NCBI GenBank assembly: GCA_963745835.1
Contig: CAVUZH010000013.1
Location: 448,001 to 512,000, forward strand
Origin: an uncultured delta proteobacterium
GTDB taxonomy: Bacteria > Desulfobacterota > Binatia > UBA9968
Length of the DNA stretch: 64,000 nucleotides
Reading direction: 5' to 3'
A model generated the notes under the pieces. It had not been told where the DNA came from and did no database searches. It was given only the letters and a program-made list of their open reading frames with translations. The position numbers were made by a program, and so were the translations under genes. Positions 21,110 through 29,533 of the stretch are shown here, in pieces. The stretch's first letter is position 1; each line of letters opens with the position of its first letter.

Positions 21110-22096
21110 TCACTGATAGGCTACTGATTGTGGTATTTCCCAATAGTACAACGTGTGCACGTCGCCCGCTCCATCACGATAGGATTCGGTAATCTTCGGC
21201 GGCCAATTGCCCATGTCGAAAGTGTACGAAACGACGCGCGCGCCGGGCTGAAGTTGGCGCATTAGAATCGGCTTGAGCGCTTGATTGCCGTCATGAGAGA
21301 GATACAAGGTCACTATGCTGGCTAACGCCAAATCGGCCGTCATGAAATTCTGATGGCGGACTTCCACCAGCTGCTCTAGATTTTCTTGCTTGATCTTCTC
21401 ACGGGCCATTTTTACCAAGCCCGGATCCACCTCAAAACCTACTGCTTTGATTCGATATTTTTTTGCTGCGGCGATCAACACCCGGCCATCGCCGGAGCCA
21501 AGATCATATAGGAGATCGCCAGCTTTTATCCCGGCGAGCGCTAACAGCCGGTCCACAACTTCGTACGGCGTGGGATCGAAAGGCGCCAGTTGTTCGGGAA
21601 GCGTTCTTACAGAAGGTCGCTCCAACAATGGGGCGGGAGCAAAATCCTCTCCCGGAAGACTGGGCACAACCGAGGTAGTCCGTGAATCAGATGAGCTCGG
21701 AACCTCGATGATTGACACTCCGGGGTGGTAGGAGCGGTATGCGTATGGACCAAACCATGGAACATACGGATAGGGGTGATAATAAATAAACGGCGGGTAA
21801 AATCGTTTGGCAACTACTCGCCCCGGCAAGATAAACCGGACCAACGGTGGGCGCCCAAAGTGAGCGCCACCGACACCCGGACTCGGAATAAAAACCCGAT
21901 GCCCCGTGAGTGAACCATCGAGCCGGCCCAATCTCGGCCTTACGGCGGAAGTGGCTCCGGATCTAACAAAACCGCTGAAGCCGCGGCCAGCCCCACGATT
22001 GCCGCGGATGCCTTGGCTCCAAGCCTGATCCGGGGTCAATAAGAATACAGCGAGAATAAACGCCACAACGTGCATTCTGTTGAATCTTAGGAGCAC
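21110..22096 (-). CDS. Class I SAM-dependent methyltransferase with signal peptide and low-complexity N-terminus
   Basis: C-terminal PFDPTP, YDLGSGDGR, VTLYL, PGARVVS; N-terminal hydrophobic leader followed by Gly/Arg- and Pro/Tyr-rich segments. Confidence 0.85.
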   Translation of the reverse strand: MLLRFNRMHVVAFILAVFLLTPDQAWSQGIRGNRGAGRGFSGFVRSGATSAVRPRLGRLDGSLTGHRVFIPSPGVGGAHFGRPPLVRFILPGRVVAKRFYPPFIYYHPYPYVPWFGPYAYRSYHPGVSIIEVPSSSDSRTTSVVPSLPGEDFAPAPLLERPSVRTLPEQLAPFDPTPYEVVDRLLALAGIKAGDLLYDLGSGDGRVLIAAAKKYRIKAVGFEVDPGLVKMAREKIKQENLEQLVEVRHQNFMTADLALASIVTLYLSHDGNQALKPILMRQLQPGARVVSYTFDMGNWPPKITESYRDGAGDVHTLYYWEIPQSVAYQ

Positions 22097-22205
22097 TCAT
22101 TAGCGTAAGTCAACTAGCTCAACAGGCGGCGGGTTTGGTCCATAAATCCGAATAGATTTTTCGCGACCCGCGCCTTAACCTCGAGGTATAGAGGCGGTGC
22201 TATCC

Positions 22206-23081
22206 CTAGTTCGTTCGAGTAACGAGTATCGCATCATCTAAACGAACATAGCCTGGCGGTCTTCCCTGCTTGGAACGAACTTCGAGCCAATTTCCTACCG
22301 CGCGCACCACCGTGATCTTTGTACCCTTATCGATCTCTGTGACCCTGCGGGCTGTGGTCGAAGGCTCTTCGCGCACTGTCGTAGCCCGGATGACCTCATA
22401 AAGCCCCGGCTCAGCAGAACGGCGGGCCGGCGGCGTCTGCGAAGGCGGGGTTTTGGCCGAATGCGCCGATGATACCGGCGGTGTCGGCGGGCGCTTTGCT
22501 GCTATACGGGCCGTTTCCCGTGTCGCGGCGGTTAATCGCTGCTGAGTCGCGGACAGTTCCTTTTGGTTTTCTTGAAGTTTTGCCGTGAGCGACGTCAGCT
22601 CGTTTTTGTTTTTATCTAGTTCTTGGCGGAGCTGTTTCAGTTCTCCTTCAAGTATCCTGATTTTTTCCTCGCGTTCTTGCACCTGCTTAGAGTTGGCATT
22701 TTCCAGCTGGCGAGTATCGTGTCTTTGCCGATATCCGGCAATCAAAAACACACCGAAACCAAGCCCGATCATCAAACTCGCGGCCAGTGTCGCGATCGCG
22801 GGTTTCCTCCAAGACCGGTTACCAGGCTGGTCACCGCCACGAGCGGGTTGGCCAGGCATCTCATCGCGTCTGGGCCATTGAGGTCGTTCCTCCTTGCTTC
22901 CAAACTCCGCCTTGCAATAGGGACATTTGACAGCATTCTCCTCAATGCTGTTGGCGCAGTGCGGGCAAAGACGTGCGCGGCTCATGTTTGCCATCACCAG
23001 TGCTCTGCCATCCTTGGTGCAGAAACTGATGTTGTCATCATATTCAACGGAACAATTGGGGCAGCGTTTCATGCCAGACAT
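22206..23081 (-). CDS. Zinc-ribbon / TM / coiled-coil / SH3b membrane protein
   Basis: CPNC..CTKD and CPHC..CPYC, one TM helix, heptad-rich coil, Pro-rich linker, SH3-like VREEP...GNWLEV...GYV; start uncertain (23072 or 23081). Confidence 0.75.
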   Translation of the reverse strand: MSGMKRCPNCSVEYDDNISFCTKDGRALVMANMSRARLCPHCANSIEENAVKCPYCKAEFGSKEERPQWPRRDEMPGQPARGGDQPGNRSWRKPAIATLAASLMIGLGFGVFLIAGYRQRHDTRQLENANSKQVQEREEKIRILEGELKQLRQELDKNKNELTSLTAKLQENQKELSATQQRLTAATRETARIAAKRPPTPPVSSAHSAKTPPSQTPPARRSAEPGLYEVIRATTVREEPSTTARRVTEIDKGTKITVVRAVGNWLEVRSKQGRPPGYVRLDDAILVTRTN

Positions 23082-23242
23082 TGTTAGATGATTAATCTTG
23101 CGGGTCAAGAGAAAGCATGCTGGCGGGTGCTTGCCGCGAGCCTCAGCATTAGAGTTCTTACTCTGTACGGCCATCAGAGATAGCCATTGTTTGTTGCCGA
23201 GATCCTAGCCTTGCGCTATAGAACGTTGGACAAACTCTGGGA

Positions 23243-23365
23243 CAGCTGCTCAAAAGACCTCAGCGGCAACGCGCGCGAAGTTTGATGAGCTGAGGTGTAC
23301 GCTTCAGTACATCCAAGCGAGGCGGGCGCAGCGCAACGAAGCATATGAGGTTTTTCAGCAGCCTG
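23243..23365. mobile_element. MITE-like non-autonomous element with terminal inverted repeats
   Basis: Left end CAGCTGCTCAAAAGACCTCA versus reverse complement of the right end CAGGCTGCTGAAAAACCTCA; central palindrome GGTGTAC-N6-GTACATC; intergenic, no transposase. Confidence 0.6.
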
Positions 23366-23381
23366 ATAGAACGCATGGAGG

Positions 23382-24332
23382 ATGACGACGAATATGGCCT
23401 TACTCATCGGTGAACCACAAAGCAAAAAGCTCATCAATATGGCGCGGGCGGTCGATCTTCTCGATAAAATGTTTCGAGATCGGGCGGCCGGCAAGCTACG
23501 CGGTTTGCCACGCCGCCGGCTCAAGGGAAACGAGAAGCAAATTAACATCATGGCTGCCTGGCATCAGGGTTACGACCTATTTTGCTTGCGCGCCTACATC
23601 GCTCAAGCAAACACAGTCACGCTCTATAATGGCAAGAACGGGCAAATCCAGGCAATCATCAATATGGGCTATCTCAGCAGCCTGCGGACCGGCGCCGCTA
23701 CGGGCGTCGCCGCCAAGTATCTGGCGCCGCCGAATGCTACTACGTTGGGAGTTATCGGGCCGGGCTGGCAAGCCACTTTCCAGGTGGAAGCAGTTGCACA
23801 CGCGTGTCGGATCGAACGGATCGTGGTCTTCGGAAGGACTCCCAAGCGGCGCAAACAATTCATCAGACAAATGAGCCAAATAGTTAAGGCGGACTGGCGC
23901 GAGGCATCCTCTGTTGAAGAGGTTGAAGACGAGTCGGATATCATTGTCGTCTCGACCAACTCCACCACTCCGGTTGCCGACGGCAAGAACCTTAAAGCGG
24001 AGTCGCTGGTTGCATCCATCGGTGCAAACGGAGCCTTCAAGCACGAAGTCTCGGGCAACTTGATTCGGCAAATGGATCTCATCGTTGCCGATGACGTGGC
24101 CGCTGCGAGAGTGGACAGCGGTGATTTGATCGATGCTTGTCAGTCCGGCATCGCCCGTTGGGAGGATGTCGTCCCTCTGGAAAGATTTGTCGGTAGCGGC
24201 GCTCCGCAACCGCGGCCCAAGAGAATCTTTTTTCAATCCAACGGTATCGCTGATGAGGATCTCGCAGTGGGGCGCTACGTGCTGGAGCAGGCGAAGCGAA
24301 AACTGAAGCTTCGCCAGATCACAGAGATATAG
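23382..24332 (+). CDS. Ornithine cyclodeaminase/mu-crystallin family protein
   Basis: LRTGAATG, GVIGPGWQA, STNS, SIGAN, QSNGIADED. Confidence 0.88.
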   Translation: MTTNMALLIGEPQSKKLINMARAVDLLDKMFRDRAAGKLRGLPRRRLKGNEKQINIMAAWHQGYDLFCLRAYIAQANTVTLYNGKNGQIQAIINMGYLSSLRTGAATGVAAKYLAPPNATTLGVIGPGWQATFQVEAVAHACRIERIVVFGRTPKRRKQFIRQMSQIVKADWREASSVEEVEDESDIIVVSTNSTTPVADGKNLKAESLVASIGANGAFKHEVSGNLIRQMDLIVADDVAAARVDSGDLIDACQSGIARWEDVVPLERFVGSGAPQPRPKRIFFQSNGIADEDLAVGRYVLEQAKRKLKLRQITEI

Positions 24333-24478
24333 CTTGCTTAAGCCGCTGCAGATAGGCCGCGGCGTTAGCACCAGCTTCGAAGGCAATTGCGAATTGGTCG
24401 GATCAGATCATTAGCCGCCGCGGTCTCGCTAGACGGCTCAGCTGCATTTAGTCCCGTTGCCAACGCCTTGTATTTGCT

Positions 24479-25204
24479 CTAGGGTTTCTGGAAGGCCAGT
24501 ACGAAGCGATCGCTCAGATTTCGCTCTTTGTTTACGTTGAAGTCCCGTTTATCTTCCGGCCGGCTAAGCATCGTCCCTTCTTTTGCCAGCTTGAATCCTG
24601 AACCGGTTACTTCCTTGATGACCCACAGTCTATCGATGCGATGAAGCGTTTTCACCGCCTCGTTGCCGCTTCCTTCTTTGGCTGAGTGATCGACGATACC
24701 ATAAACACCGCCTCGCTTCAGAGCGCCAAGAATTCTTTTGTTCATCGCGATACGCACTTCGGGAGAGAGATCGTGATAATTCAAATGTATCAAGGCGAAA
24801 TCCAGCGAGCCGTCCTGCGGCAAGCCCAGTTTATCCAACGGGCCTTCGACTAACCGCACGTTGGCGAATTTCGGATTTTTCATGCGTTCAGTCAGTTCCG
24901 GCCGAGGTGCCGGAACCACAGAGTAGACCATTCCCTGGGGGCCCACCACCTGAGATAGGATGGCCGTGTAATAGCCGCGCGCGGCAAAGATATCGGCGAC
25001 TTTATCGCCGCTTTTAACGCCATAAAACGCGAGCACCTCTTTTGGTTTGCGGGTCGAGTCCAAGGCCTTTTCAGTATCCGGCCTTTCTTTATCGGCGAGG
25101 ATGGATGAAAAATCCTGTTGCGGCTGCGTTGTCGAGCAGCCGCCGACGGCGATGATTGATATTAGGACGAGAAGAAAAACTCGCTGCGAGAACACGTTGA
25201 GCAT
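24479..25204 (-). CDS. Predicted lipoprotein SAM-dependent methyltransferase (COG4798-like)
   Basis: Lipobox-like VGGC after a hydrophobic leader; RKP.EVLAFYG, GYYT, NYHD, IVDH, LHRID, DRFVLAF. Confidence 0.82.
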   Translation of the reverse strand: MLNVFSQRVFLLVLISIIAVGGCSTTQPQQDFSSILADKERPDTEKALDSTRKPKEVLAFYGVKSGDKVADIFAARGYYTAILSQVVGPQGMVYSVVPAPRPELTERMKNPKFANVRLVEGPLDKLGLPQDGSLDFALIHLNYHDLSPEVRIAMNKRILGALKRGGVYGIVDHSAKEGSGNEAVKTLHRIDRLWVIKEVTGSGFKLAKEGTMLSRPEDKRDFNVNKERNLSDRFVLAFQKP

Positions 25205-25333
25205 AACTCCCCCTTGCTTTTAAACAGTTGGCCTCATTGTGTCGACTGCAATGATTCTATGGTTTACCGATAGCCCCACGCCTAAGCTAAACCAGAGCAA
25301 ATCTCGCCTGGCACACCGATCGTGTCGTAACAG

Positions 25334-26797
25334 TTATAACACACTCCGATCGACCACAAACACTGCAGCCGTGTTGTCTTCATAAACCAGTCGGTAACGC
25401 GCATCACCGCGGATTAGATGCGTCAACGGCTTACCTGTTTGTGCTATGATCAAGCGGGCTCGCAGAAGTTCAGGGTCTTTATTCCAAGCGGCGCTACCAT
25501 TCCACGTCGCCAGCGAACTGGCGATGCGTTCATCACCGTGTAAGTTCGTGCGGCCATCCATCGCAACCGGCAACTCGGGCAGACTCCAAATCAGATAGCC
25601 TCCCCAATCGAGAGAATTATAGAGTGGCCCTGGAAGCTGACTGGATCTGATGAACTTCACTGCCTGGGCCGGAAAATGCAATTCAACGGCTTTGGCCAAA
25701 GAATTTTCTGAAACATCGCGAATATGGCTCAGCCCGTACAAACCTAGGAACAAGGAAAAAATCACTGCCGCTACTCTTTCCTTGGTGAAGTCAAAATACC
25801 CACTGTACTTTTCTGTACTGGCGAACTCGCTAACGATGCCCGCCACCACTAAAGCCATGAACCATACATCGCGCCGCGCGCGAAAGGCAAAACAAGCCGC
25901 CGTCACGAACAAAGCCAAATAAAAAATGTTCCAGCGTCTCTGCCAACCCAATACAAATGCCCCGATTAAGGTTAAACAAAGAACCAACCAATCTGCGAGG
26001 GAACGAAAGAACATGGGATGCAGCTCAGAGATATTCTGGAAAGCCCCGCTCTGTGTAACATATTCAAGGATCGCCAGGTAAACACGGTAGTGATAGGGAT
26101 TTACCAGGGTTGCAAGCAAACATGATCCAAGAAGCAGCAAGGAATGGGTGACCGACAATGCCTGGCTAGCGCTTTGCGGCAAACCGGATCTCGTGAAACG
26201 ATTGAGGAACGATTCAAGTGCCAAAAAACCTAAGATAGCTAATCCATAGACAAACTGTATGTGCAAATTGGCCCAGAGGACAAATACCAGAGGCAAAATT
26301 AAGGCGGGAAGAAGCTTCCATGAGCGGCGCAGAATAAAGACAAGTATCAGCTCTATGGCAGTGAATAAAATCGTGAAGAGCCATGGGCGCGGGCTTAGCA
26401 GCGGTTTTAGGCTGGCAAAAATCACCGCCAGCAGGAGGACTTCAGCGACAAAAGGCAAGCGGGCTCGGCGGAGCAGTAGATGGATCGTCACCGCTACCAG
26501 GAGGGACATCGTCACGGTAAACGCCACCAACCCTGTCAAACCAAAATATCTGTGCACGCCGTAAACCAGGATCTCGAACAACCAGCTATAGGCGATCCAG
26601 CGCTTTCCCGCGCCAAAAATAGAGAATGGGTCTTCGACCGGAACATGGCCATGAGCAACGATCCACTGCCCGGTTCTTAAGTGCCACCAGATATCCGGGT
26701 CCTCGATCGGCAGCATCGCTTGGTAGGCGGGAATCAAGTACACCAGAGTCCATATGAACAACCGGCAAATCGTTTCCTTGTTCGGAACTCTTGTCAT
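25334..26797 (-). CDS. Polytopic membrane protein, probable GT-C fold glycosyltransferase
   Basis: DPDIWWHL in the first loop, WANLH, many TM segments, C-terminal WGGYLIW...DGRT. Confidence 0.65.
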   Translation of the reverse strand: MTRVPNKETICRLFIWTLVYLIPAYQAMLPIEDPDIWWHLRTGQWIVAHGHVPVEDPFSIFGAGKRWIAYSWLFEILVYGVHRYFGLTGLVAFTVTMSLLVAVTIHLLLRRARLPFVAEVLLLAVIFASLKPLLSPRPWLFTILFTAIELILVFILRRSWKLLPALILPLVFVLWANLHIQFVYGLAILGFLALESFLNRFTRSGLPQSASQALSVTHSLLLLGSCLLATLVNPYHYRVYLAILEYVTQSGAFQNISELHPMFFRSLADWLVLCLTLIGAFVLGWQRRWNIFYLALFVTAACFAFRARRDVWFMALVVAGIVSEFASTEKYSGYFDFTKERVAAVIFSLFLGLYGLSHIRDVSENSLAKAVELHFPAQAVKFIRSSQLPGPLYNSLDWGGYLIWSLPELPVAMDGRTNLHGDERIASSLATWNGSAAWNKDPELLRARLIIAQTGKPLTHLIRGDARYRLVYEDNTAAVFVVDRSVL

Positions 26798-26899
26798 TCG
26801 TCCTAGTCGATTTTCGGCGTCTAACGGATCAGCAGCGGATCAGGAGCACGATATAGACGAGGTGGGTTGCTAAGCTTGCGGTACGGCCGCAAGATACTC

Positions 26900-27676
26900 T
26901 CAAACAGAATTTTGTCGCATCGCTTGATCGACATCGTAGCGCAGCAGGTCCCAGATCTTTTCTGTGCATCTTGCAAAATCGGGATCCTTCATGCTGCGAA
27001 AGTTGCGCGGCCGCGGCACATCAACCGTGATAATGCTCTTGATTAACCCGGGGGCCGAGCTCATAACCGCGATACGGTCGCAGAGCATGACCGCTTCATC
27101 GAGATTATGCGTCACCAGAACGACGGTTTTCTTGTCGCGCTCCCAGATGCGCAGCAGCTCTTCCCGCATCAGCAGTCGGGTCTGAGCATCGAGCGAGGCG
27201 AACGGCTCATCCATGAGAATCACTTCAGGATCATTGGCAAGGGCGCGAGCGATGGCGACTTTTTGTTTCATCCCCCCGGAAAGCTCGTAGGGTCGGGCCT
27301 TGCCGAAGTCGAGCAGGCGAACTACCTCCAGAAAGAACTGGCTCACCCGTTTCAACACCGAGGGGTGCTCATTGCGAAACTCCGCGCCGAGCGGGACGTT
27401 TTCCTCGACGCTTCGCCACGGCATCAGCGCCGATTCCTGAAAAACCATAGAGACCATCGATTTGGTTCTTTTCTCGCCGACGAATTCGACGGATCCCGTT
27501 GTCGGTTGCTCCAGGCCTGCGATGATGTGCAATAAGGTGGTTTTGCCACAGCCGGTAGGTCCGATGATGCCAAAGAACTCCCGGTCGCGCACCTCAAAAT
27601 CGACCCCGCCCAAGGCACGGACGTTTCCCGATCCCGAGGTAAACTCTTTAGTTAAAAAACGGACAACGATTTTCAT
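26900..27676 (-). CDS. ABC transporter ATP-binding protein (nitrate/sulfonate/taurine type)
   Basis: GPTGCGKT, LSGGMKQ, LMDEPF, VTHNLDEA. Confidence 0.92.
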   Translation of the reverse strand: MKIVVRFLTKEFTSGSGNVRALGGVDFEVRDREFFGIIGPTGCGKTTLLHIIAGLEQPTTGSVEFVGEKRTKSMVSMVFQESALMPWRSVEENVPLGAEFRNEHPSVLKRVSQFFLEVVRLLDFGKARPYELSGGMKQKVAIARALANDPEVILMDEPFASLDAQTRLLMREELLRIWERDKKTVVLVTHNLDEAVMLCDRIAVMSSAPGLIKSIITVDVPRPRNFRSMKDPDFARCTEKIWDLLRYDVDQAMRQNSV

Positions 27677-27745
27677 CGACGAGCTATCGGTGACATTTAA
27701 CTAACTGTTGCAGCTTGAACGGCTGAACGTTCTTGGCTCCGGGCG

Positions 27746-28780
27746 CTATCGCGCAGCGAAGATGTCATCGAACATTTTGCCGTACCTTGAGAAGTCTTCA
27801 AGAACTTCGACCGGCGCGAAAGCCGGCTTGATGCCTTCCATTAAGCGTGCTTGTGCCGGCGGCGTATCCGTCCGATCGGGAATCCTGTTCATTTTGCGGA
27901 CGATTTCTTGGCCCCCTTTAGATAATACGAAATCGATGAACAACCGCGCTGCATTGGGATGGGGCGCTTTTGCGGAAATACCGGCGGGATGGATGTTGGC
28001 AAAGACCGGATTTAAGTAAATCCAGTCGACCGGAGCACCGGTGGGCTTCAGCACTTCGAAGGTCTGCGAGTACGCACTCAGCGCTCCCTTGAATTCTCCC
28101 GCTGCCACGAGCTGAGCAAGTAGCGTGCGCCCGGAACGCAGCTGCGTTTGCTTGGACAACTCACGCATGTACGCTAAACCTTTTTCCTCACCCATGGCTC
28201 TAAGCATCGTGCCGAACCACTCGTAGGCTTTACTATCGATGCCGATGTTATTCTTCCATTCGGGCTTTAACAGATCAGTGTAGGACCGGGGTACGCTACC
28301 TTTGGGCACGGTCCCGGTATTGTAGCCGAAAGCCGCGTAGTTGGTATAGACCGATGTCCACGCGCCATGCGGGTCTTTGTAACCATCTTTGAAAAACTTG
28401 CGCTCCGGTGAATCGTAGGCGGCAAACAGACCTCGTTTGGTTAAATTGTGACCGTAAAAGCTTGTCGTCACAGCGACGTCCCAGAGATTCTGACCGGCGC
28501 GATTTTCGGTCAAAATCCTTTCCATGATAGCTGCGTCGGTGCCACGGTAAAAAGCTGCTTCGATCTTCGGATATGCTTGCTTAAACCCATCGGTCAGCAT
28601 CTTTGAATCAGCGGCATTGAAGGTGGCATAAAACATCAGCTTACCTTCAGCTTCGGCCTTTTCCTTTACGCTCTGGGCCAGAACAGGCGTTGCAGCGGCC
28701 AACAGCCAGACCGCCAAGACGAGAAAACCCTGCACAGAACCAAGTTGCCTCAGTCCGAAACTCCAGTGCCTTGATCTCAT
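27746..28780 (-). CDS. Extracellular solute-binding protein (AfuA/Fe3+-thiamine class)
   Basis: Signal peptide; AEAEGKLMFY, YNT, DLLKPEWK, APHPNAARLFIDF. Confidence 0.85.
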   Translation of the reverse strand: MRSRHWSFGLRQLGSVQGFLVLAVWLLAAATPVLAQSVKEKAEAEGKLMFYATFNAADSKMLTDGFKQAYPKIEAAFYRGTDAAIMERILTENRAGQNLWDVAVTTSFYGHNLTKRGLFAAYDSPERKFFKDGYKDPHGAWTSVYTNYAAFGYNTGTVPKGSVPRSYTDLLKPEWKNNIGIDSKAYEWFGTMLRAMGEEKGLAYMRELSKQTQLRSGRTLLAQLVAAGEFKGALSAYSQTFEVLKPTGAPVDWIYLNPVFANIHPAGISAKAPHPNAARLFIDFVLSKGGQEIVRKMNRIPDRTDTPPAQARLMEGIKPAFAPVEVLEDFSRYGKMFDDIFAAR

Positions 28781-29499
28781 GGCATCTCCGCCAGAAGGCG
28801 GCCGTAACCGGTTACCGGTTCGTTGAGGTGCAGGATTTTCTTGGTGGCCCAGACTTGCGCGGGGATGCTCGAGACTACCGTGGTCTTGAGATCACGCTCG
28901 AGCATTTCGATCACCGGCAGATTATGCCAACCGGCGCCGAGCATGTAGATGCCATCCGCCGGTCCGTGCTCGATAAACACTTTCTTGGCGAAATTATAGA
29001 TCGCTTCCGGCGCAAGCTTCCCGGCGTCTTTGAACGGCACCTCGATGCCTTTCATCGCTCTGACCTCGAATTCGTCGTCCTGCAAAAACTTTGCGAACCG
29101 CTGGTTCATATCGTCTTGAAAATAAGTAATGCCGACCAATTTTTTCATTCCCAGCGCCCGGAACGCATCGACCTGAGCGATCGTCGCAACCGTCACGGGA
29201 ATTTTATATTTCTTCGTCAACGAATCGGCGATCGCACGGTCCGCACCATGGCCGCGCACCATCGTCGGTGGTGCCCCCATGATCATCACCACGTCCGCAC
29301 CCAATTCCGCCAAGCGAGCCACTTTCTTTTCGGCAACCGTCAAAGCTTCTTGCAGCTCCTGTTCATTGCCGGCGCGAATACCTGCGTGAGCGGGAATGAA
29401 GCCGACGCCTTCAGGCATGAGCTTGATGAAGCTTTCCATGGACCCGGGCCGGTAAGTTGGCTTCACCAACCCGACGATTCCCCGCGCACCGTAGTACAT
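28777..29499 (-). CDS. Arylmalonate decarboxylase/maleate isomerase (Asp/Glu racemase fold) homolog
   Basis: GLVKP, AFRALG, ADGIYM, LERDL..VVSS, GYGRLL; overlaps the next gene (ATGA-type coupling). Confidence 0.82.
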   Translation of the reverse strand: MYYGARGIVGLVKPTYRPGSMESFIKLMPEGVGFIPAHAGIRAGNEQELQEALTVAEKKVARLAELGADVVMIMGAPPTMVRGHGADRAIADSLTKKYKIPVTVATIAQVDAFRALGMKKLVGITYFQDDMNQRFAKFLQDDEFEVRAMKGIEVPFKDAGKLAPEAIYNFAKKVFIEHGPADGIYMLGAGWHNLPVIEMLERDLKTTVVSSIPAQVWATKKILHLNEPVTGYGRLLAEMP

Positions 29500-29533
29500 T
29501 CGTTATTTCTCCTTAACTCTGCAGCTGATCTTT

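Noticed and set aside
23216-23551. 111-aa ORF
   Set aside because: Read-through of the MITE-like element and the antisense of the next gene.
23577-24386. 269-aa ORF on the minus strand
   Set aside because: Antisense to the cyclodeaminase gene; no recognisable features.
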